Shown piece by piece: positions 33,917 through 42,082 of a DNA stretch of 64,000 nt; within the stretch, counting starts at the first letter, position 1, and each line of letters begins with the position of its first letter. The translations under genes were made by a program, and so were the position numbers. Location of the stretch: the sequence record NZ_CP023526.1; one strand, 5' to 3'. The notes under the pieces are model-generated. The model did not search any database, had not been told where the DNA came from, and saw only the letters and a list, made by a program, of their open reading frames with translations. This DNA is from a plasmid.

Positions 33917-34549
33917 TTAACCAGCTGCACCCAACAAAGCCTGAATAGGCTTAAAATGATGAGTCGCAATGATATTCCTACTCTCCCAGCGGTCATGTGA
34001 AGCCTGCAGATTTATCCAAAAATCTTCGTCTGTCTGGAACAAAACGGCCAGCTGCGATGCTTCCGCTACACTCAGCCGGCGGCTGTTATTTACGATCTGC
34101 CCGATGACTTTACGGGACACGCCCATAACCAGCGCCAGTTCAGCCTGGGTGATATTCAGCGGCTTTAAAAACTCTTCAGAGAGCATTTCGCTTACAGTGG
34201 TAGGTTCTGCAACAGTCGTATCCATATCCCCCCCGTAACGGTATTTATGCGGATCGAGATAAATCTCGTAAGCGTGGCCGTCACGCCAGCGGAAAATCAA
34301 TCGCCACTGGAGACTAACCCGAATGCTTGACCAGCCTTCAAGGTTGCCACGCAAACGCTCATAGTTATTACTTGGCGGCGCAAACAGGGTTTTCTCACTG
34401 CTGGCCGCTTCAATAAGCGACAACTTACGACGAAGAGGCTTTTCAATCATGACCGGAATCCCTGCGCTTCTCTTCCCATTCAGATAGAACCGGGCAAGCT
34501 CACCATCCTGGCCGTCCTTAAAGCTACCAATCATCATTCGGCTCGTCAT
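33917..34549 (-). CDS. HigB-like toxin fused in-frame to HigA-like XRE antitoxin (single 210-aa ORF as sequenced)
   Basis: N-terminal half (...EGWSSIRVSLQWRLIFRWRDGHAYEIYLDPH) matches HigB/RelE-type 'killer protein'. C-terminal half (LSEEFLKPLNITQAELALVMGVSRKVIGQIVNNSRRLSVAEASQLAVLFQTDEDFWINLQ) matches the HigA HTH. The junction lies in a C7/G7 homopolymer at 34228..34234. Confidence 0.7.
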   Translation of the reverse strand: MTSRMMIGSFKDGQDGELARFYLNGKRSAGIPVMIEKPLRRKLSLIEAASSEKTLFAPPSNNYERLRGNLEGWSSIRVSLQWRLIFRWRDGHAYEIYLDPHKYRYGGDMDTTVAEPTTVSEMLSEEFLKPLNITQAELALVMGVSRKVIGQIVNNSRRLSVAEASQLAVLFQTDEDFWINLQASHDRWESRNIIATHHFKPIQALLGAAG

Positions 34550-34885
34550 GTTTGTGATGTGGTTATTATATCATCACCCAAGGCAATGCAACCAAAAAGG
34601 AACATGGTGTGCCAAAAAGGAACATAAAATAGATCCTATTGCGATCAAACGATCCTAAGAAGATCGCCCTGAAAGCCCTTCTTTCTGGCGTAAAACCTTC
34701 GTCCTTTCAGGCTACTCTGTTTTACGAAGTGGATTGGACACTTGCAGTCGATCATTTCTAACCTTCTCAGACGAGCTGTAAGCCATTTTGAGCACTTTTC
34801 TGCAGTAGTCGGTATCAAAACTTGCTTTGATAAGAGCGAAGCGGCTTAAGCTCGCGTAGCGAGTGAGAAATTATTTCCCTTTTCT

Positions 34886-34956
34886 TTGGGGTCAGTTTGG
34901 ATATAAAGAATTATTGTACGGTAGGCCTGTTTTTTGAACAGGTCAGGCCATCGCAG
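34886..34956. repeat. ~70-bp repeat element copy B
   Basis: TTTGGGGTCAGTTTGGATATAAAGAATTATTGTACGGTAGGCCTGTTTTTTGAACAGG... Direct repeat of copy A. Confidence 0.65.
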
Positions 34957-35130
34957 TAGGGTGTACTCCCGCGCTATATAGCGTCTGCTGTAGATTTTGT
35001 CTAATCGGACAACCTAAATGCGATACTGCAAGGACGATAACTTAATGGCAATAGCCACTGACGCCAAATCAATCCCTTACGTGTCATAGTTGGTTAAAAA
35101 ATACTCCTAACGTACAAAAATGTTCGATCT

Positions 35131-35143
35131 CCAAACTGACCCC
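35131..35143. repeat. inverted copy of the repeat core (CCAAACTGACCCC = reverse complement of GGGGTCAGTTTGG)
   Basis: Exact 13-mer match in inverse orientation. Confidence 0.5.
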
Positions 35144-35820
35144 TACCATAGCAAGTGGCAAAAATATGGCGGCTTGCCGCTTACAACCCCATGCACTGAG
35201 GAAACATGCTATCGGTCTTGTATCGACGCTGTCGTGGTTGCCGGATGACAGAGAATCAGTGCGAGCTTCCTTACCGATAGCCTTTTTGAGGCCGCCATTG
35301 GCGGGGGGCAGGCTTAGCTGCCAGGCTTTCTATGAAAGGTGTAAAGACATTCTGATGTCCTGGGCAATCCGGGGGGCACGTCACGACGCGGGTATGGGTC
35401 TTCTGGAAAACGGAGTGACAGCGCTTGTAGTTCTGGCTACCAGGGAAGGAACTGCCGCTGCCGTTGATGTCTTAAAAGTGCAGTTCCGGAAAATGTTGAC
35501 GGGCTGATGCCCCCACACCGTAAGTCCGTGGCCGTGTTGCAGCCCGCCTCGTCAGACGCATCAGTGAAGTCCGTCGCTACGCGGGTATCCCTTCATCTCG
35601 TATTGAACATGAGCTTGCACTGCTTGAACATAGTGCTGCACGTGTAATGATCCATGAGATGGCGGAAATCCTTGCGCCCGGGCAAATACAGCCGCAGTGA
35701 TCCGGAAGAGTAAACCAGGGGGGCCGGGCATGGCTGATACGAAGCCTGGCCCCGGAGGTCACTCTGGCTTCAACAAAGAAAATCATTGCCCTCGCTTTTC
35801 GGGGAAGGGCATATGTACGG

Positions 35821-37182
35821 TTACTTCACTTTTTCACCCATGATGTAGGTATGTTCTATGGTGCGATCGTCACCCATCATTTCAATTGCGAAGATTTTGC
35901 TTTCGACCGATTTGCTGTTCTCAGTTCTGATTTTCAACGCATTGTCACTCTGTGGATTGATAACGATGAAGTCGGCTTCTTTCCCTGGAGTGAAACTTCC
36001 AATTACGTGGTCAAGTGACAGGGCTCTTGCTCCTCCAAGGGTCGCCATATACCAGTTTTCCATCGGATCGAGAGGGTGGATATTTTCGGGTGTTTCTGTG
36101 AACGCTTTTCTTAACTGCGTCACGTTGTAGGCTCCCCCCATAACTTTAAGCATGGACAGACTGGTACCGCCCCCAACGTCAGTTCCCAGTCCTGTTTTAA
36201 CCTGATTTTTCTGGCTCTGTTCCAGATTGAATAACCCGCTCCCCAAAAACAGATTCGACAAGGGGCAGAACGCCACACTGCTGTGTAACGTTGCCAGTAT
36301 CTGAAAATCTGCATCAGAAACATGAACTGAATGGGCAAAAACAGACTTCGGCGTGACGAGACCATAATGTCTGTAAACATCCAGGTAACTTTTGCTCCAT
36401 GGGAACAAGGTTTTCACCCAGGAGACCTCCTGCCAGTTCTCTGCCAGATGGGTTTGCAACCAGACATCCGGGTATTCACGTAATAACCTGCCGGCTACCC
36501 GCAGTTCTGCCTCACTGGAAGTGGGCGCGAATCGTGGGGTAACGGCGTAACCCAGGCGTCCCTTATTTTTCCATTTCTCTATCAGCATTTTGCTCTGCTG
36601 GTAAGCCGTCTCTGGCGTGTCCAGTAGCGGGGCCGGCGCATTCCTGTCCATCAGCACTTTTCCGGAGATGAGACGCATATTTTTCCCAAGCGCTTTGCTG
36701 AACAGCGCATCCACAGAAACGGGATTGCTGGTGGCAAAGACCAGTGCTGTTGTAGTGCCATTGTTGATCAGTTCGTCGATAAATTTCCCGGCATAAATAG
36801 TGGCATGCTCCGGTGCACTGAATTTTATTTCGGTCGGGAAAACATAATCGTCCAGCCAGTCGAGGAGTTGTTTTCCATAAGAGGCTGTCATTTCGATTTG
36901 AGGAAAGTGTACGTGTGTGTCAACAAATCCGGGGGATATTATTTTCCCGCTATAATCAATAATCTGGTCAGGATGATATTTTGCCTGCATCGCAGTGGAT
37001 GAGCCGACATCAACAATATATCCGTCTTTTACCAGTAATAAGCCATTATGGATATAATGGCGGGACTGTATTTTCTCTTGAGGATCTCCCGTAAAGTGTA
37101 ATATATCGCCTTTATAACCCGTTAATGATGCATGGGTAATGAAAGGTGCAAGCAACAGGCTTGCAAAAAATGCGTGTTTCAT
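35821..37182 (-). CDS. guanine deaminase (GuaD) paralog, amidohydrolase superfamily, with N-terminal signal peptide
   Basis: Collinear with E. coli GuaD throughout (PGFVDTHVHFPQIEM..YG.QLLDWL; NGTTTALVF; KVLMDRNAP; RFAPTSS; GLGTDVGGG; PGKEADF). Carries an extra N-terminal MKHAFFASLLLAPFITHA signal-like segment. Confidence 0.8.
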   Translation of the reverse strand: MKHAFFASLLLAPFITHASLTGYKGDILHFTGDPQEKIQSRHYIHNGLLLVKDGYIVDVGSSTAMQAKYHPDQIIDYSGKIISPGFVDTHVHFPQIEMTASYGKQLLDWLDDYVFPTEIKFSAPEHATIYAGKFIDELINNGTTTALVFATSNPVSVDALFSKALGKNMRLISGKVLMDRNAPAPLLDTPETAYQQSKMLIEKWKNKGRLGYAVTPRFAPTSSEAELRVAGRLLREYPDVWLQTHLAENWQEVSWVKTLFPWSKSYLDVYRHYGLVTPKSVFAHSVHVSDADFQILATLHSSVAFCPLSNLFLGSGLFNLEQSQKNQVKTGLGTDVGGGTSLSMLKVMGGAYNVTQLRKAFTETPENIHPLDPMENWYMATLGGARALSLDHVIGSFTPGKEADFIVINPQSDNALKIRTENSKSVESKIFAIEMMGDDRTIEHTYIMGEKVK

Positions 37183-37259
37183 TTTAATCCTTAAGGTATG
37201 TAAATGGTCTGGTGAAACGAGCTTTGTGTTCGTCTGTCCAGACCATTTTTAAAAAGAGT

Positions 37260-38105
37260 TTATTGTCTGATCAAACGTGTTGTTGGCAGAATGCTTTCAA
37301 AATCACTTCGGAACGGGTTGATATCCAGCCCACCACGCCTTGTATAACGGGCAAAAACGCTAAGTTTTTGCGGGCGGCAATATTGTTTAATATCCATGAA
37401 AATCCGCTCAACACATTGCTCATGAAATTCATTGTGGTTACGGAATGAAATGATGTAGTGAAGAAGCCGCTTTGGATTGATTTTCTTTCCTTCGTATTTA
37501 ATGATAAGACTGCCCCAGTCAGGCTGGTTCGTGACAAGACAATTTGATTTAAGCAGGTTTGATGTGAGCATCTCTGAAACAGTAATGGCGTCATCAGTCA
37601 CAGCATTGTTCAGTATTTCAGGGCTGAACGAGTAATCCTTAACGTCAATATCTTCATGGTCGATATTGATTCCCGGTAAGGCCATGATGGTATGATTAAA
37701 CCCGATAAAATGGGGGTACAGCCTGACTTTTACTTCCCCTCCCGCAACCTGGCTAAGATCCTTTGTGAGTATGGCTGCAACAGCATCATGGCTTCTGATC
37801 TTTGTCTGGTTAAAACTGTTGAGATACAGCTTCAGCGATTTGGATTCTATCAATCCCGGCGTCGTGGCCGGGATTTCAAACTCTCCAATGGCAACAATAG
37901 GTTTACCTTTTTCATTGAGCCAGGAAATTTCATATGCTGTCCACAGATCAAAACCTGAAAAGGGGAGGTTGCCCTCACCGGTAATTCCAGCCTGTTTTCT
38001 GCCCAAAGAGCGTGGTAACGACTCCAGAATGGACGGCGAGTAAGTCTGTGGGGGCGCTATTTTTGAACCCAGCACACTTAGCGCATCTTCATCGTAATCA
38101 GGCAT
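37260..38105 (-). CDS. queF: NADPH-dependent 7-cyano-7-deazaguanine (preQ0) reductase, two-domain type
   Basis: Strong collinearity with E. coli QueF/YqcD (IESKSLKLYLNSFNQT; LLKSNCLVTNQPDWGS; ISFRNHNEFHEQCVERIF; VFARYTRRGGLDINPFRS). 281 aa. Confidence 0.85.
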   Translation of the reverse strand: MPDYDEDALSVLGSKIAPPQTYSPSILESLPRSLGRKQAGITGEGNLPFSGFDLWTAYEISWLNEKGKPIVAIGEFEIPATTPGLIESKSLKLYLNSFNQTKIRSHDAVAAILTKDLSQVAGGEVKVRLYPHFIGFNHTIMALPGINIDHEDIDVKDYSFSPEILNNAVTDDAITVSEMLTSNLLKSNCLVTNQPDWGSLIIKYEGKKINPKRLLHYIISFRNHNEFHEQCVERIFMDIKQYCRPQKLSVFARYTRRGGLDINPFRSDFESILPTTRLIRQ

Positions 38106-38114
38106 GTTAATTCC

Positions 38115-38798
38115 TTATTGATTTACTGTGTGAATAAATTTTCTGAATAACTTTCGTGTCCCATAGATAGGAAATACACCGGAGACAGCGTAGATAAGTT
38201 TAATAATAAATTGCGATACGATCATGGCTTTAATTGTTGGAAGGCTGAGTACACCATAAAAAGCAATGCTACAAAAAATGATACTATCGATGGCTGCCGC
38301 ACAAACTGAACTGATGATGACCCTGACAAAGAGATACCTGGAGTTGGTCAGGACTTTTATTTTGCACAGCAACCATGAGTTGATGTTTTCGGAAAGGAGA
38401 TAGGCCAGAGAGGATGCAAGCAGTACAGCAATAATATTGTGAATGAAGTACCGATAGGCCTGATCGTGAGGCCATTCTTTAAGGTCTGGTAAAAGTGTAG
38501 TCATCCACAACCCCCCCACGAAGAGGATGTTAGCAATAAATGATATGATAATAGTTCTTCGCGCCATCTTAAGCCCGTAAAACTCATTGAGTATATCCAC
38601 CAGGATGAATGTCAGTGGATAGAAAAAAATGGCCGGGGGAATAATAAGATTAAATGTGGACAGATGGACAGGCTTTACACCGCTGACAGTGGACAGAATG
38701 TAAATGACAGCCAGTGCTAAACTGATGGAGAAATATGCGTACCAGGAACGTTCATTTCGGTCGCTCATTTCATACTCAGTGGTTATGTTGTGGTGCAT
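38115..38798 (-). CDS. YhhQ/DUF165-family queuosine-precursor (preQ0/preQ1) transporter (ORF is open to 38984; probable start at MHHNI)
   Basis: Multi-TM protein with YhhQ-family motifs (ILVDILNEFYG ~ LATDLTVRIFG; VFPIYG ~ FLPMYG). 9-nt gap to queF. Confidence 0.7.
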   Translation of the reverse strand: MHHNITTEYEMSDRNERSWYAYFSISLALAVIYILSTVSGVKPVHLSTFNLIIPPAIFFYPLTFILVDILNEFYGLKMARRTIIISFIANILFVGGLWMTTLLPDLKEWPHDQAYRYFIHNIIAVLLASSLAYLLSENINSWLLCKIKVLTNSRYLFVRVIISSVCAAAIDSIIFCSIAFYGVLSLPTIKAMIVSQFIIKLIYAVSGVFPIYGTRKLFRKFIHTVNQ

Positions 38799-38974
38799 AT
38801 ACAGTTTTTTGTGTAGCGCTTTTATTTCATGAGGATTTAAATCATCTGAGATTTCTGAGTCGTCAAGCTCCTTCAGGGGCATGGCAATCACTTTCCCGGT
38901 CGACAGAACCAGCACTCTGGCAGTGATGATTTCGCCAAAGAGAAAGCCCAATAGTTTGTATTTAAGATTGTATT

Positions 38975-39589
38975 TCACTGACATATTTCCTCAATCAGGA
39001 CGCCTAACCAGACTTCCTGGTTGTCACAGTTGTTTTCTTCCGATGACGTTTCTCTGATTTTTAGCGTGTTGTTGTTATCCAGAAACAGCGAGGGCAGCAG
39101 GCTTCGTTTAAAGGGGGAACGATTCACGATGAGTAAGGTCCCCACATCAAAAGTCTCCCCCATCTCGGCATCAATCAGAAGCGCAATAAAATTTCCACCT
39201 GAACTGAAATACCAGGTAGTATCAAAAATCTGTATGAGCTGGCCTACAGTCTTTGAAAGTGTGTTGCGCAGGCAGGTCCCCGGAATAATCGGGAGCGCAA
39301 TCGGGTTCTTGTTCCCGTTGAATGCTAATGTCTCCTCCGTTTGTTTCATTTTACCCAGGTCAGTATTCTCGATGGTTTCGCAGGAGATGCCAAAAAAATC
39401 AGAAATCCGGGTGACCGTCGACTGTTGTACATGACTGACTTTGCCTTCCAGTATTTTATAAATTGTTGCGCGAGTCAGACCTGTTTTCTGGCTGAAGGAC
39501 GTTTTAGTTTCGCCATGCTCCTCTATCAGGAAATTTATATTTTTAGCAATATTGCTATTACGTTGCGCATTTGTGATCCTATTGCTCAT
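38975..39589 (-). CDS. XRE-family HTH regulator with C-terminal LexA/cI-like (peptidase S24-like) domain
   Basis: N-terminal HTH (TKTSFSQKTGLTRATIYKILEGK). C-terminal beta-rich region typical of cI-like repressors. First gene of the co-directional cluster. Confidence 0.55.
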   Translation of the reverse strand: MSNRITNAQRNSNIAKNINFLIEEHGETKTSFSQKTGLTRATIYKILEGKVSHVQQSTVTRISDFFGISCETIENTDLGKMKQTEETLAFNGNKNPIALPIIPGTCLRNTLSKTVGQLIQIFDTTWYFSSGGNFIALLIDAEMGETFDVGTLLIVNRSPFKRSLLPSLFLDNNNTLKIRETSSEENNCDNQEVWLGVLIEEICQ

Positions 39590-39892
39590 GTTTAACCTGT
39601 TCGCTAGCGAGATTTGAGAGAAGGACTGTTACGGAAGCTACGTTTCACAGCGTAGTGGACCAATAACGATTTTCTAATCGATTGTGTGTTTTTGTTGTTT
39701 ATTTCGGATGTTTCTCTTGTTGTCCTAATTTTAAATAAAACATCAGGTTGATGAGTTGCTTTTATGGAAGGATTCAAATTAATGATCACATGTTAATTAT
39801 TGTGTTGATTTTAATCCGAGGGTGCGCTATTCCTGCTTAAGTTGAGGTGCATCCATCTCTGAAAGGAATGAATTAAAAACAAGGCGGGAATA

Positions 39893-40501
39893 ATGATGTC
39901 AGCGCATCAATCGTTATCGGAAATAAAAAAGAAAATTCTTATTTTCATGTTGACAGTCGAGCGTCATTTTCCAGGTTCTTTCCCGATAAGATATATTCAT
40001 AAATCGCTTGGTATTGACAGTGTTTATTATTCCTGTGGGCTGCTGGAGTCCGCAGGTTTGGTTTGCCTGCAGCGAAAGCCCAATCGCAGGGTCTTTATCG
40101 AGCTGACCGATGCCGGGCGTGCGATGGCGGCTTCGCTGATGCCTGTGGAATATTGTCAACATCGGGAGGCCGGGAACCGGATCTTACCTTCCCGCGCTCA
40201 GAGAAGAGAGATGCGGGACATTGAAATCGACATCAGAGGGCGGCCTTACATTGTCAGCCGGGCGGCATTTGTTATCCATCCCGATGGCACGACAAGCCTT
40301 GCCTTGTGGAGTAAAAATAAAGGTCAGGCCTGGCTGAACGGTAATGCCCGCCAGGTCAGTGAGTGGTACCAGGCCTGCTATGACGCCGGGTTGCCTGTCA
40401 GTGTGCAGGTTGAAGATGATCGGTGGATGGCCAGCCTGGACGACAGATTGCCACACCTTTCACGAGGGGAAGCCGTCGTTATTTTTCCCTCACCATGCTG
40501 A
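39893..40501 (+). CDS. winged-helix (MarR/PadR-like) domain protein with unknown C-terminal domain, divergent from the queF cluster
   Basis: IKKKILIFMLTVERHFPGSFPIRYIHKSLGIDSVYYSCGLLESAGLVCLQRK is wHTH-like. Confidence 0.4.
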   Translation: MMSAHQSLSEIKKKILIFMLTVERHFPGSFPIRYIHKSLGIDSVYYSCGLLESAGLVCLQRKPNRRVFIELTDAGRAMAASLMPVEYCQHREAGNRILPSRAQRREMRDIEIDIRGRPYIVSRAAFVIHPDGTTSLALWSKNKGQAWLNGNARQVSEWYQACYDAGLPVSVQVEDDRWMASLDDRLPHLSRGEAVVIFPSPC

Positions 40502-40845
40502 GTTAGGCGTGACCGGGCAGGCAGACCGGAAACAAAATGCCATTTTATCTCTGCATTTGAGGACATCCGAGGCCTTACACTGATACGCCTGAACATACGG
40601 CCATTATTGACTGGAAAGGGGAGCGCCTGCCAACCCTGAAAGCCGGTTGCTGTACCCGGCCTATAACCGGACCGCCAGGGATGAGGCTGAGCAGACGTAC
40701 CCCTTCAGCGTGGAATGCAAAACCTCCCATCAACGGGCATAGCCGGGGTTCGGGCGTCCCACCTGATCAGCAATCTGCGTATCACCGATAATCTTCGGCT
40801 GCTCAACACCCACCACTGGCCTCTGGCGCGTAGCGCACTGGACAC

Positions 40846-41040
40846 GCTCAGCCATTTTCTCTGCAGCGGTTAAGTGAGCATCTCAAAGAGCTGGATAGTC
40901 AGTTCGTCGAACAGGAGAAAGAAATCCAGTACCAGCATCGTGAAAATGTGAACCGCCGGAGATTATCGGAGATACCCGGCTCTGGTCCGATAACGACAAG
41001 CGCTCTGATGGCGTGGAAAACCGATCCCGCATCTGCATAA
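40846..41040 (+). pseudogene. IS110-family transposase internal fragment
   Basis: LQRLSEHLKELDSQFVEQEKEIQYQHRENVNRRRLSEIPGSGPITTSALMA matches the IS110 coiled-coil plus IPGIGPITA motif region. Flanking frames carry stops. Confidence 0.45.
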
Positions 41041-41257
41041 GTGTCAATACGGTCTGTATATGACGCTTACGTTTCTCTGTGCCAACATGTTAAACGTATT
41101 CCGATTATTTGAAATAAGTGGCTATTTTACTGAATGGAAGGCTTTCCAATCTTCATCTTTGCAGCAGTGGCCTCTCAGTAGACCTCTTCCACTGGATGAC
41201 CAATAATGAGCCGTCATGTGTATTTAAAGACCAGACGCACTGAAACAGTGCGCAGAC

Positions 41258-42040
41258 CTAGTGAGCCGATTTTGCAACAGTGCAGCTGTGATCCTGTAGT
41301 TCTTCCGCCGTCGCGGGAGAACTTACGCTTCCCGGATTGACCAGAAGCAGAAATTCGTCCGACCGTGTGCGCGCAGGTACGACAGTCACTTCTGCGTACT
41401 TCATATTGCTCCGATATCGCTCATGTACCAGGTCGAAAATGTTCTCATTGAGAAAAGCCGTTGCACTGAGCTTCCTGATATCATAGAGAATGTCTCGATC
41501 ATTTTTATTTTTAAGCGGCTTGCTTTCCCATCCCCATCCCAGTTTTTCGATATCAAGGTCACTGAGGCTTTGTTGGGTTTTTGCCGCCAGGCAGGATATA
41601 TGAATATGCAAATGATTTTGTGTCCGGCTATTTACCGGATTGATGGTCAGGGCAATATCTTTCTCCGCCAGTTTTTTCCCTCGTTGTTTTAGTTGGTCAA
41701 AGACAAAACCACGTGATTGCCAGGCACTGTAAAACAAGCTACTCACCGGATGCGTGTAGGGACGACTAAGAACGCCTTTATCCTCAATACCTGTGACATT
41801 GTCCATCGGCAGCAGAAGAAACTGGTTATCACTGGCGGTTCTTGTTTTCAGAATGACATACCCGGCCTGATAGTCCATCAGGCTGCAGTCACCATAATTC
41901 CCCGCCTTTTTATACTGGTCCTCACAGCCCTGAAGTGCCTCATTCAGCTCATTGCCTGTGGCTGCCTGCAAGGCATGCGCGGACAAAATAGACGTACACA
42001 GCATACACATGAAAAATAGTCTTGATACAGAACCTGGCAT
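41258..42040 (-). CDS. cdh: CDP-diacylglycerol pyrophosphatase (Cdh) paralog
   Basis: Matches E. coli Cdh (NSRTQNHLHIHISC; AEELQDHSCT). N-terminal hydrophobic anchor. Confidence 0.8.
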   Translation of the reverse strand: MPGSVSRLFFMCMLCTSILSAHALQAATGNELNEALQGCEDQYKKAGNYGDCSLMDYQAGYVILKTRTASDNQFLLLPMDNVTGIEDKGVLSRPYTHPVSSLFYSAWQSRGFVFDQLKQRGKKLAEKDIALTINPVNSRTQNHLHIHISCLAAKTQQSLSDLDIEKLGWGWESKPLKNKNDRDILYDIRKLSATAFLNENIFDLVHERYRSNMKYAEVTVVPARTRSDEFLLLVNPGSVSSPATAEELQDHSCTVAKSAH

Positions 42041-42082
42041 ATCCTTTTCTCCTTGTTTTAATCCCGATAGTCTCTGTCGTTT

